Shown one piece after another: positions 46,801 to 57,346 of a stretch of 64,000 bases of DNA. A program made the position numbers and the translations under genes. Below the pieces are notes generated by a model. The model was given only the letters and a program-made list of their open reading frames with translations, was not told where the DNA came from and made no database searches. Source of the DNA: Paraphysomonas bandaiensis (lineage: Eukaryota; Protista; Chrysophyceae); assembly GCA_965644295.1 (NCBI GenBank), contig CBFFRP010000318.1, forward strand, positions 1 through 64,000, given 5' to 3'. Position 1 is the first letter of the stretch. Each line of letters begins with the position of its first letter.

Positions 46801-47467
46801 CACGGGAAGACATACAACTTAGCCCAGAACAGAGCATTCCTACCATTTTCGCGCTCAGGGGCTTAACTGGGCAAGGTTTGTATATATCACATAGAACTGT
46901 GAGCAGATTCCTTACATCTTTATGAGAGCCATTAAACTTTCGCATTCCGTACATCGACATGCACATCTCCTCCGGGGTGCACACAAGTTGGCCAGAGTCT
47001 GATACTTTCTGATGTAATGTAGATATAAAATGACGAACTTCACTAGTATGACTACTCATACACTGCATGCCATAAAGCAGGCTGCATATTGACGTGCTAT
47101 CTAACGGGTAATCAATTTTTCGAAATGCATTTTCAAGGACACCAAGAAGAGCTCTGCAGTCAGAGCGCTCAATTTCTAAGCTCAATAAACCATTCCCTAA
47201 CAACACAACATCACTCGTCTCATGCATCAGATGCGTTCCTTTAGCAGATACGATAATATTCTGAACCTCTTCAGGGGAGAGAAGAGTTCTATTAATACCC
47301 GCAGTGCTCATTGTAGACAGCACTGGTACACACGCTTGTTGTCTATTTTTTGCCCCTTGTAAAGTATACGCAGATGAAGAAATCCTTCTAGAGGAAAATG
47401 AACTCTCATGACTGTATTTTTTATATGATAAAAATCGATTTAATCGCAATTTTCGATGAGATAACAT
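43883..47467 (-). CDS. Organelle-targeted helical-repeat protein with C-terminal RAP-like domain
   Basis: Arg/Ser-rich, acid-poor N-terminus; recurring LYGLxxMSSxxxEVRxLL units of about 40 aa; C-terminal HGFKADIIV..NFEFS..H..RDDYL..GFHVVR. Confidence 0.75.
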   Translation of the reverse strand: MLSHRKLRLNRFLSYKKYSHESSFSSRRISSSAYTLQGAKNRQQACVPVLSTMSTAGINRTLLSPEEVQNIIVSAKGTHLMHETSDVVLLGNGLLSLEIERSDCRALLGVLENAFRKIDYPLDSTSICSLLYGMQCMSSHTSEVRHFISTLHQKVSDSGQLVCTPEEMCMSMYGMRKFNGSHKDVRNLLTVLCDIYKPCPVKPLSAKMVGMLCSGLSCMSSREEIVRELLAIITPHVAACNEPLSAEDITCIVSSLSWISTEHKEGKILVDNILRLLRRSTTPITDIQYLQALNGLRHIGSHSSSGREILTILNNLCTHDFANIPENIPFRVCVRALDGLVAMDVRQECATIAMNTIAHCMRSKPALNANTVESVDATPIEVKYILSSLAAISKPLPYGSNSAGVDAVLSACAEKVDAGLTMTNAINSTEDIGRAIVEIKELRHISSEAIPGIVLALFRSLVDSEKPLSHAKHIFHCVAALQFLPRFKNDENRDEVVECLTKKLQTSLPNAWNGNQVYTSLSSLQHITGQSLPEKQLISTLCDKVRSFSRPLSKVLVSQAYSGLQHMSSKQPEPVALLKCLTTKLSKSPTTLDGTVLCRVVYSLNGMSSDCPEAHEALKVVASKIPDIDSHGNINLASGPRMVKGSEVCRGIHICNALYGLQHFNNDSEYVMDILKILSFHLSRSTDKLAMSAIGKAMYGLHNMSVECDVLSKIVRTLNDKILQISGSSVNDSVAIACMLYGIRSMNSQTEEIQDLLKILANVISEASPDMCFNEQHMALSFHGLSRGGSSTKASRAVLLGIINRVDSNPSRPPFAPDNISMIMTGIGRMNCNYVEVRQTLSKLFRLIDECTSEFSCMNIANVLYGLRSMTSDCPEVSDMMLAARRLVEHSRVDDYSDTYLGMMLLGLRSKYSHDDNVRELLVAITDKYLTETRHVELMALSGLGGLHHCHPEAKAFVDKLEVIPASDNQDTPANLSYALVGLLGLLSKDFPKSIDLLRGVVNRTSALLESTDMCCVSQRNSATKVWRSLACVLTKEEDLPQDIVEVIKRSMSSLQSNVMHLEPIQYATDNEHSIVINSRISSFGKCIEQILDDNGLGDDYKVLTLVYYHGFKADIIVAQRVPETGTHRNVYNFEFSYKHPHVNRMKYFAQSRDDYLQSAQDGFHVVREMYSGEFSDDYIREYLSQRMHSVGIL

Positions 47468-48911
47468 GACGACAAATTACATATAGAAAGGGGAGGTATA
47501 TGGGGCTTAAATCAACTCAAAATACTGTGTCTTATGCACTGTAATGATGAGATGAATGTGTGTGAGAAGATGAGTGTATTTACTGGAGAGATAATGAGAG
47601 TGTTGTGATTCTAGTGGGAGTTTGATGAATGCAGTGTGGTTACTGTGGATTGCTATGGAATCACCGCACACCGTACATACACTCTGTATGTATTCTACAT
47701 AGTCATACATGCATACATCTACTATACCATCTACCTACATACCTACATACAGATATATATATGGGACCATCACCACCAGACAACAGGCACTATCTCGTGG
47801 TGCAGGGTACTCTAGTGTCTAAATCTAGGAAATCATAAAAATCTGGGTATTTTTAGGATTCAACTGTCCAAAAACTGCAAAAAAACAAAACGCTAACATA
47901 TAGAAACACACGTTACAATATTCACACTGAAGAGTCTTGAGCTGATGCGTCCGTTGAGCGATATGATCCAGTGACCATTATGCATAGATCATGCATTGAG
48001 ACATGCATGAATATCTTGCTTCCCAACAAGTAATCAACACCACGGGGTGACTGTCATATATATAGTCACATGGACACATAAATCTGCACGTAAACGGCTG
48101 CATAAACGCCTAAATCTATGCATACTATACACTATTTTATAGGGAAGATTGATATGGCTGCCTATTCTTGTCCTTATCACTCAACTGCCTCATCCTTCAA
48201 AAGTATCAACAGAATAAGGATTAAATATGTATCAATGCAGTGTATATATTGGTACTATTCTGAGGCCCAAATTCAGCTATGAATTAGTTTGATGTTTCTT
48301 CACACTCACAGTAGGAATTGATGATCAGCATACAAGAATGATCTGCTAATATCGATATATTAGTAGCCTCCGGCAAAAAGTAATAAGAATATAAGTTAGT
48401 TTGTATTTACTCCCACACAAGTAGGCCCCAGAATATTATTGGTGGCTTCTTGCTTGTAAGACTATATTAGTTGGGTGGTAGTACGATAGTGCATTCGATT
48501 TGTCGTTGGTCCGTATAGAGTATAAAACATGAAATAACGATAACATGTTATTTAGTTAGTAGTTAATTGGACCCCTAGGGGATATATATATCACCTAACT
48601 CAGCATCTCACCGTCTAGAATTTATTTAGAATCGCGCAAATATTTTCGAGGGGTTGGTCATGTGAACAAGCAAATGACCTAGACTTATAGCTTACTATTC
48701 GTGCCATGATAACTTTATAAGTCAAGAAATATAAGTCATGATTCAATTATTATTATTAAGAGGTATAACTAATAATTAATAGCAAGTTACTGTCGCCTGG
48801 ACTTTGAAGTTTAACTGCGATTAGCCACTGTATATTTCTTTTGCTGCATACTACTCACAAATATTGGGCAAAATCCACGAATGATAAGCACGTAATGATG
48901 ATGAAAGCAGA

Positions 48912-50612
48912 TCATCGCCTTCTAAGAGCGCCACTTGGGGTGTAGTCAGTCTTTCTGGGGCGCCCTCTGCCTCGATAAACAGTTCCAGTGCTACTGCGAG
49001 GGCAGATGGCGGGACTGCACCTCGGCTCTGCTATACTCATTCGGTTGATTCCTCCCATCATACCTGCCATAGGATCTTCCATCATACCTCCCATTGGACT
49101 CCCCATCATACCTCCCATAGGACTCCCCATCATACCTCCCATGCCCCCACCCATCTGCATCGCCAAAAGACGCAAAATATCACTCATTCCATTGTCCATG
49201 CGGCTATAATGCTGTGGACGATTCAACTGCTCACGCAGCTGTGCCGATTCTTTGTTAGCTGCCTCAATTTGACGCTGCATACTTTTAAGGTCATCTTTAA
49301 TTTTAGCCACTTCTGCTTCCGATGCCCGAGCAGACGCCTCCGCCGCTTTTTTCTCCGCCTCCAGTACCTCGTTGGCCAAGTGTTTCGTGTGTAGCTCTTT
49401 CTGAGCAAGTTCAAGACTTGACTCCATACCTTCCAGCTTCTCACCCATGGCTTTTTTTTCCTCTAATCTCTCCACCATCTCCGTGACAATGCCATCTACC
49501 TGCTCACTGATTAAAGGGAGCAGCACGCCCATATCCTGGATTACACTCAAATTTTCTAGATCACTGGACCAAGCATGTAGCCGGGCAATCATGAACTGGA
49601 TAAAATCGTAATAATGTTGATCCACCGCTACACAGCGCAACACCCGTAGACCCTCAATGACTTCCAGGAAGTGATGCACTTCTGGTTCAATTCTGCGGTG
49701 CTCAAAATTATCTCTGGCCGAGTGTTCAAGAGTGGACAGCAGTGCGCCTAGGGTATTGACAGCCTCCACAGACAGGCCGACATTGAGAGAGGTGGGGGGG
49801 ATCTCCTGGAAGTCTTGAAATTTCTGAATGAGGCTCAAACGGTTGATCCGCTGGTGGGTACAGTCGGAGTAGCGGTCAAGTGGGTCGTAGAACTCACAGG
49901 TGCTTGCCAAATGAGCAAACAGCTCCGCCGCATTAGGTGAGTGCGAGAATTGCCCCGAAGCTACTGCTTCACCCATGAACTCTCTTAGCTCATCTAAAGT
50001 CCTATCAGGAGGCACTCGGGTGACCAGCAAGAGGGAAGAGCGACTGTAGAAATCCGATCTAGCGCAAAATATGGTCTCGAGCAGATTCAAGGTCTCTCGC
50101 AGTCCTCTTGCGTGGTCTGACAACAAAGCATGGTAGTTAATAATAATGACAACACCCTTCACACTGCGGGCCTTCTGAGCCATTCTGGTGAGTGCATACA
50201 TGTTTGTGATGTCGAATACCACTCCTCTGTTATCCATAAACCCAGGACAATCACAGTATGTTAGATTGACTGTCGGGTCTGAGCAGGACTCTGGGAAGGA
50301 AGTCTGGCTTTGAAAACCATGTCCAATTTCCATTATTGGATTGTCACAAGTGAAGCCTTTCTCCATAGAGTTCTTTACTTTAACTTCCCTCATTTGTTTA
50401 CCCATGAGATAGTTGACAAAAGTTGATTTCCCTGCACCAGTATTACCCACAATTAGAACCAAATCTTTACCGCTTCCTCGCTGTACAGCAGCTTCATCTG
50501 CTCTTGCAATACCAGACAGCAACTCTTTAACAGTTTCTTTCTCAATCTGTGGATATTCGGGAGAAGAACCTTCAGTGGATTTGACTGACTTTGTTTTCTT
50601 AACACTCTTCAT
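48912..50612 (-). CDS. TRAFAC-class GTPase (AIG1/GIMAP-septin-like fold) + coiled coil + GM-rich linker + AT-hook
   Basis: G1 GNTGAGKS, G2 SQT, G3 DCPG, G4-like LVTR; MGGMMGSP repeats; C-terminal RGRGRPRK. Confidence 0.85.
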   Translation of the reverse strand: MKSVKKTKSVKSTEGSSPEYPQIEKETVKELLSGIARADEAAVQRGSGKDLVLIVGNTGAGKSTFVNYLMGKQMREVKVKNSMEKGFTCDNPIMEIGHGFQSQTSFPESCSDPTVNLTYCDCPGFMDNRGVVFDITNMYALTRMAQKARSVKGVVIIINYHALLSDHARGLRETLNLLETIFCARSDFYSRSSLLLVTRVPPDRTLDELREFMGEAVASGQFSHSPNAAELFAHLASTCEFYDPLDRYSDCTHQRINRLSLIQKFQDFQEIPPTSLNVGLSVEAVNTLGALLSTLEHSARDNFEHRRIEPEVHHFLEVIEGLRVLRCVAVDQHYYDFIQFMIARLHAWSSDLENLSVIQDMGVLLPLISEQVDGIVTEMVERLEEKKAMGEKLEGMESSLELAQKELHTKHLANEVLEAEKKAAEASARASEAEVAKIKDDLKSMQRQIEAANKESAQLREQLNRPQHYSRMDNGMSDILRLLAMQMGGGMGGMMGSPMGGMMGSPMGGMMEDPMAGMMGGINRMSIAEPRCSPAICPRSSTGTVYRGRGRPRKTDYTPSGALRRR

Positions 50613-50965
50613 TGATATTTATGCTCTAAACTTCTTAAATATACTTGTAATAATGACTGATGTGATGATGCTTATATATGCCTATATACGGTCCCTGTTC
50701 TTGTCAACTTCTCGTAAAGATTCTGGACTTTCTTGTCCAGTTTGATCCCATTTTGGACAAAAAAATCCAGAAAAAATTCCAAAGAATAGTCCAATTTTGC
50801 CCTTTCTGGTCGAATAATCTCCACAGTACAGTACAGCATGTGTCCATAATATCCAGCCATAGCATAGTACTGTATCACTCTACCCCCTTCTTCATTAATT
50901 GAATCCCATAATAATTAACATCATTGTCCTACATTCTCACTGTCATCACAACAACAATCAACAAC
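50613..50965. promoter_or_regulatory. Putative bidirectional promoter of the GTPase pair
   Basis: 353 bp between two divergent ATGs; clustered TCCAG/CTGGA/TCCAA motifs. Confidence 0.55.
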
Positions 50966-52477
50966 ATGTCCTTATCTGATAAGAATCCTGATGATTTCAT
51001 TAATGAACTATCGTCCCGCTTAAAGGATGTGGATACATACACAAAACAACAAGAAGATAACAAAGAAGTTGTTCTTATTATTGGAAATACTGGTGCAGGA
51101 AAGTCAACGTTTGCTAATTATATCATTGGCAAATCCATGCGTGAAGAGAAGGTCAAGGGATCCCTCGAGAAAGGAGTTGTGTGTGATGATCCTGTTATGG
51201 AAATTGGGCATGGGTTTATCAGTAAAACAACATTCCCACACACACACTATGATCATCATAGTAGTTTAACATTCTGTGATTGTCCTGGTTTCTTAGATAC
51301 ACGTGATGCTCTATTCGATATTTCTAATGTATATGCCATGACAAAAGTTTCGAGATGTGCGAAATCAATCCGTGCTATAGTTGTGGTTCTTTCATATCAC
51401 TCACTGCTCACAGATCGTGCACGTGCAATTGCGGATACTTGCCGCATGCTGGAGACACTGTTTGGTAGAAGTAACTATTCAAGGCAGTTGCACTCTGTTG
51501 TGGTGCTGATCTCCAAAGCCCCTCCTTCTATGGATATCAGAGACATTCGGTCGTTTCTTCTGGAAGGTTCCGAGGCCTCATCGGCAGAAATACGCCATGT
51601 ATTTTCTCGAGCTCAGCTTTGCGACCCCCTGGAGCGTGAACCCGGATCACCTCGCCGAGTCGAATTGCTAGACACCCTTCGCTCGTGTTCTCCATTGGAA
51701 CCACATGAATTCACTTTCTGTCTCGCTCCAGAGTCACTGGAACAACTGGAGTCTGCTGTGAGAGCCTGCAGGTGTTCCTTGGTTGGTGATAAACCCTTGA
51801 ACATTGACGCTCTTTTGAATGAGACTTTTCGGTCTTCTCTCTGTCGCCTACGAAATCTGCTGAATACCTTGGAGCTATTGGGAAGCCCGCAGGTTCTGGA
51901 AATGCGTCAAGCAGTGGAGGAATCGATCGACCGCAGTATACGCCAATTGATACGGTCTAATAGTTGGAACCCCGACGACCAATTGCTTGCAAATATTGAG
52001 AAACTAAAACAGCGGTATTCTTTCCTCGAAGAAGCAGTGAAGTTTATCGAGGATTACGCTCTCAACCAGCTGAGGCAGCAGGCCGCCGATCGCGCTCGTG
52101 AAGAGGCTTTGGCCAAGGAGCGTGAACGAATCGAGCGAGAGGCCGCTGAAGCAGAGAAACGGCACCAAGCAGCGTTGCGGGAACGTGAGGAGCAAGAGCG
52201 CCGAGAAGCTCAGATTCGAAGGCAGCGCGAGGAGGCTGAGCGAGAGCGGCAATTACGACAGCAGCAGCTGGAGGCAGCTCAACGGGAGCGACGGGAAGCA
52301 GAGGAACGAGCTCGGCGGCGATACCACCCTGGACATATCGTTCACATGCCTGTCATGACAGTGTTTGGCCCGATGTTCGCTTCTGTATATACGTGCTGCA
52401 TGCGCGATAGTGACAGCCCTGGTTGTGCGTCTGGAGGTGGTCATCAGTCGATAAGAGTTAGTTATAGAACACTATGA
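50966..52477 (+). CDS. Paralogous TRAFAC-class GTPase + charged coiled coil + Btk-type zinc finger
   Basis: Likely ATG at 50966; GNTGAGKS, SKT, DCPG, LISK; E/R/Q-rich helix; YHPG...YTCC...SPGC. Confidence 0.85.
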   Translation: MSLSDKNPDDFINELSSRLKDVDTYTKQQEDNKEVVLIIGNTGAGKSTFANYIIGKSMREEKVKGSLEKGVVCDDPVMEIGHGFISKTTFPHTHYDHHSSLTFCDCPGFLDTRDALFDISNVYAMTKVSRCAKSIRAIVVVLSYHSLLTDRARAIADTCRMLETLFGRSNYSRQLHSVVVLISKAPPSMDIRDIRSFLLEGSEASSAEIRHVFSRAQLCDPLEREPGSPRRVELLDTLRSCSPLEPHEFTFCLAPESLEQLESAVRACRCSLVGDKPLNIDALLNETFRSSLCRLRNLLNTLELLGSPQVLEMRQAVEESIDRSIRQLIRSNSWNPDDQLLANIEKLKQRYSFLEEAVKFIEDYALNQLRQQAADRAREEALAKERERIEREAAEAEKRHQAALREREEQERREAQIRRQREEAERERQLRQQQLEAAQRERREAEERARRRYHPGHIVHMPVMTVFGPMFASVYTCCMRDSDSPGCASGGGHQSIRVSYRTL

Positions 52478-52923
52478 AATAATGCCATAATATATGCTAA
52501 ATAAGGGCTAGGGAACAGTATACCTGTAGTTTATAGTGAGTAAAACAAAGTTTTATCAGCTGAAACCTCGAAATTATGTCGAGATAACTAATGAAAACAT
52601 GGTTATTTCGCTGATTTAAACTCACTTTATTATTACAGCATAAAAGTAACAGATATGATCATAACTCATTTAATGACAGGTTTGAAATAACGTTAATAAT
52701 ATTTAAATCCGACTAAACTGGAAGGCAATTTGTGTAAAATCCATACACTCCACAACACTTATTTCAAGAACAATTAATACCATGCTTTTCAACCGACAAC
52801 GACAATAAGAAACGAAAAGCTTAGACGACTTTGTCGGAAACAATTATGTTCGAGGAGCAGTAACTTTAGTACTCAGGGTCGGCCCAGGGAGAAGTCTCAT
52901 AGAAATTATAGGAAACGAGCCCC

Positions 52924-53120
52924 TCATGCTGACCCCTTGACCACTAAAACGTCACCATTAGGGATGTATAGAGTACCCTGACCGTGTTTCATCCCTTCTC
53001 TCCACTCTCCATCATATGTCATGCTTGTGCCACTAAATAAAACTTCCCTTTGCCTGTTCGCAGACATGAAGCTCTCATGGAATAGCAGAGCAAGGAACTC
53101 ACCATCAGGAAATCTTTCAT
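52924..53120 (-). pseudogene. MORN-repeat gene fragment
   Basis: YDGEWREGMKHGQGTLYIPNGD. Splicing a GTGAGT...AACAG intron gives PDGKGKFY followed by an apparent 1 nt frameshift, and the ORF ends after about 1.5 repeats. Confidence 0.55.
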
Positions 53121-53741
53121 GTAGTGATAGTGAGGAGAATAGCTGATGGAATAACGGATTCCATGATCTTTGAGCTTCTGGTCTTTTCGCAGTTGCAAAT
53201 AAATGTATACTGATTACAAATCCTCCATACTGTCTCATAGCATCCATATATATATCCATACTCACATATCCTCCTGTAGCTAGACTGCTATTGCTTATGA
53301 TCATAGCTAACCCTACACAGTATATACGTACAGTATACGGTATACCTCTACCCACATAGACGTAGCTAGGCTTTGTTATTGCTTTCTATTGGTATACGTC
53401 ATATACAGCAGAGTACTACGTACCGCCGTCCTCATGTACTTGTCAAAAGTTCACTGCGATAGGATACCTATGCATACAGTATACAGGACTACTCGTACAG
53501 CAGTATACATATGTTCAATGATACATACAGCAGTACACTCCACACCTACACGGCATACATAAAGTACCTACACCCCACAGCTACACGCACATATTCTTCT
53601 ACTTAGGCCCATATGATCATACACACACCTCACATACTCACATAGTTATCCCACTCACATACATACACATCTATCTCCCATTAATCTATCTAACCTCATG
53701 TTAATCCCCTCCCCCTCTCCCCTCCTATAACCCCTCTCATA

Positions 53742-54926
53742 ATGTCCATCATATCCTCTAATCTCGCCTTTAAAATCGGTCTCTTTGGGGTCCTCATCTT
53801 CACCATCGTCTTATCTCTCGGCATCTTCTCACGTATACATGCTATTAACAAATACACAAAGCGTGTCTTTCTTCTCTTATGTATCTCAGCAATATTCGAG
53901 CTCCCTCGTTACTATCACATGGTTATACATAGAGTGTATTCAGGTCAAGTGGTTTATTCCATGCATTTAGTTGCAAATTTATTTTATTTTGCATCATTTT
54001 CATGTCTTTGCTTTTGTTGGGGTGATGCATTACGTGCAATGGATTTAGAGGAACTTTTTGCTGCAAAACAACGACGAAATATGCGTATTGTTATAGTGGC
54101 GGCTAATATCATATTCATGGCACATACCTTATATGTCATATATGTATGTCTCACTGTTGATAATCTTGAGGCATTCTTTGACGAGAGGATATTTCGTGTA
54201 TACACGATATCCGATACATTTAAAAACTTCATTATGGGGTTATTTATTGCCAAATTTGGTGGTCAACTGTATGCCCGTGTGGAGAACTATTCGGCTTTCT
54301 ACTCTCGTAATTCCACAGATGTCGTGGAAAGCACCAAACACCTTCTGACAGCAGCTGGAAAGCTGAAATATTTGGTTATTATTATTAATTTGTGCTTTAC
54401 ACTACGTGTTCTGGCAGTGACTTTGTGGATGGCAAGTAACCGGACCACTGAAAATCAAGAACCTACCTCTTTCCCGTCCTGTAGTTTCATATATTGGATT
54501 GTATTTGAGATTGTTCCGGTTGTGGTACCTGCCCTGGCACTTTGTTTTACCATGGGATGGTTAGCAAGGCTATGGGGGGGAGTGTTCATTGACAGAAACA
54601 AGCCTAAAGCTGAACCGGTGCAGAGATGTTCTAGGTACAGCTCCGACTCCAATATCATTAGTGACGATAGTAGCCTAGAAGCCAACTTGCGCACAATGGC
54701 GCAGCCGTTCTTGACGGCTCCTATTGATGAGGAGGATGGGGAGAAAGGGGTTTTTAATCGATTAAGTAGCGTGAGTGGTGAGTTTGTAGATGTGGATATT
54801 GATCGCAACAGCAATGGAGCACCTCTTTCAGCTCGCGGTGCAACAAGCGATCAATCTAAGGAGTCTAATGAAAAGTGCAACAACGGAGGGAAGCTGTCGA
54901 TTAATAGTATATTTTCATTCCTTTAA
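53742..54926 (+). CDS. Seven-transmembrane protein (TOM1/THH1 or GPR137-like) with disordered C-tail
   Basis: Seven hydrophobic segments; LFYFASFSCLCFCW, CFTLR and EIVP patterns. Confidence 0.7.
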   Translation: MSIISSNLAFKIGLFGVLIFTIVLSLGIFSRIHAINKYTKRVFLLLCISAIFELPRYYHMVIHRVYSGQVVYSMHLVANLFYFASFSCLCFCWGDALRAMDLEELFAAKQRRNMRIVIVAANIIFMAHTLYVIYVCLTVDNLEAFFDERIFRVYTISDTFKNFIMGLFIAKFGGQLYARVENYSAFYSRNSTDVVESTKHLLTAAGKLKYLVIIINLCFTLRVLAVTLWMASNRTTENQEPTSFPSCSFIYWIVFEIVPVVVPALALCFTMGWLARLWGGVFIDRNKPKAEPVQRCSRYSSDSNIISDDSSLEANLRTMAQPFLTAPIDEEDGEKGVFNRLSSVSGEFVDVDIDRNSNGAPLSARGATSDQSKESNEKCNNGGKLSINSIFSFL

Positions 54927-55944
54927 CATGATCACAATTCGTGGTAGAATTGCCTTGTATTTGTCAAAGATATCTATAGTTCTGGATGAAGTTACTTCTG
55001 TGATGACTATTTTGTGTAAAGTATTGTTTTATTGGTCGCTTGTACTGTGCACAGAGTTGTCGGTTATGTACATAATATTTTGAAATAGTAACATCTTAAT
55101 TAGTGTCATAATAGAATTTCCATGTATTCGTTGTATTTCTAGTGACGTCGTTTCATCAATATAATACATACCATGGTACATGGTTAGCATGTCAGCATCA
55201 TATGAGCTTAATGTTAGGCAATGTGAGTCTCCACAGGCACGATGAAGATGATTGTTTTGAGCACTATTACACTTCCCAGGCAACGACCTATTTGTCTTTG
55301 CGCGAACTTAGTTATAATATTGGCCTTATTCAATTGTCGTCACACGTCGTATTTCTGAGTTTTGAGAGGTGAGATGACATATTATTAAACCTCGTCAATT
55401 AAGTGGAAACCCCTGTAGTCAAATGGTTGAAAAATCTAGTCATTCAATGGTTCACATTATCATTTACCAATTGATGGTATAAATAGAAATTTCACAATTG
55501 TAGGATAGGCAAGGATGTCTTCAGGGCAGCATAGACAACCGACACTACCATCGAATAATACCATTCAGGTACAGAAGTTGACGCAATATCTTTCAAGATA
55601 TACTTTGGTTTCGAAACAACCGTTTTCGGATATTGTTTTTGTGTGTAAGGAGAGGTTGCTGCGCGATGTTTTGACTTTATAGATTGATACTAACATGAGA
55701 ACATGAGTGACACTGGAAACTCCCCAGACACCAAGATTTTTTCATGACGTTTACAAAAAAGGAACTTCAGGATATATATATACATTATGATTGCGTTAAG
55801 AAAACGAAGCGTCTAGATACCTAATTGAGCGGTGAAGTCCTGCCTATTATGGTTCTATATATCTCTAACTGCTTCTAGACCTGACCTATTCAACCTCAAT
55901 GTTCTGTAATATTATATACGTAGCTACATTCATGCCAGTACAAT

Positions 55945-56430
55945 TTTGTGACTGGGTTTTGTAATTAAAAATGGCTATAGGTTCTTCTTTGACTAAGGTT
56001 TTACACCAAAGTTATAGTGTGACAATAGGTAACTCCACGAAATAAATTGACTAGAGGCTAAATTATATTTCCCTTTCTAGGGGTCTCTAATTCTAAAAGT
56101 ACACCAACAAACACTACATACGATATATATTATACTGGCCTCATGTATATATATGGAGTATTTTATTATTGGCAGTAGATATGTAAGCATGGAGAAACTA
56201 GACAGAAATAATCTGTTAAATACTAAAATCTATATTTCTGCTATTTTTAGCACTACGAGAACTACTTGTGCGCCACAAGTACCAAGGTGAGACTATATCG
56301 TCGCTGGCAATCATGCAGTGCGCAGGCAAAATGGTGATACATGTATATGTGGCAACGTTAGTTTTTCTTCGGTGCTTACCTACCAAAACACCACCAAAAA
56401 GTGCCTGTCCATCTTAGTTGAGGGATCTAC
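55945..56430 (+). repeat. Dispersed composite repeat, strongly diverged copy
   Basis: GACTAAGGTTTTACACC, then CTACGAGAACTACTTGTGCGCCACAAGTACCAAGGTG, then AACACCACCAAAAAGTGC: same module order as 795-1445. Confidence 0.55.
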
Positions 56431-57346
56431 TATATATATATCTACTGACCTCTATCTAAAGAGTAACAAGGAGAGAGAGAGGAAGACAACATTTTTCCCA
56501 AACCCCAACAATTATATATAGTATCTTCTTGGCATTTTAATTAGGATATATATGGAGAAGATTATTTGAAGTTGTTTGAAACGTAAGGGTGTGGACTGTC
56601 TGTTTGTTTTTTTTGCAAACATCCTCCGCGCTGTAGACTTATGTTCCGTACAGACTTGATACTAGCCATGAATTCCAACAACCTACTAGTACACAGGCTT
56701 GCGTAACAATTAATTGGTTTTCATTTCTTGCCAATTAATTGGATGGCTTAAGATGTATAGTGATTAGTGACTAGTAACCAAACGTCAACAATGTTGACCT
56801 CAAATATATATCATGTGACTACACTACAGCTAATAAAAGTAGAAAACGATGCATACCATACCTTAACACACACTTTTCACGTTGGCGCCACATTTCAACT
56901 TCTTTGTGTGAACGAAAGAACTTATTAATACAATACTATTATACATTCTATCTAACTAAACCCAAGGTAATACTGTAACACCAAAATGGAGGATATACGA
57001 GTGTACCCCGAAAAGATAACATTCACAAAATTATTGTATGTATAGCAATATACCTTACTCAACAATAGATATACCATGTATAATTGTATATGTAGACACT
57101 GTGCACCATATATCGCAAAAAAACAGTACAAGCCGAACAATACGAGTTGCAAAAAATACACCAATGTATGCACACATTGGTTCAATGAAAGACAATAGGG
57201 ATTCGAAAACCCGATAAGATTGTATGATCGAACACAATAAGAACGCTAGCAGTACTAGTCGTCCTATAATAAAACAAGGATATAGTATATAGTATGTCAT
57301 ATTTAGCATGACTCAAAGAAGGGTACATCCTTCACAAAACAATAGT

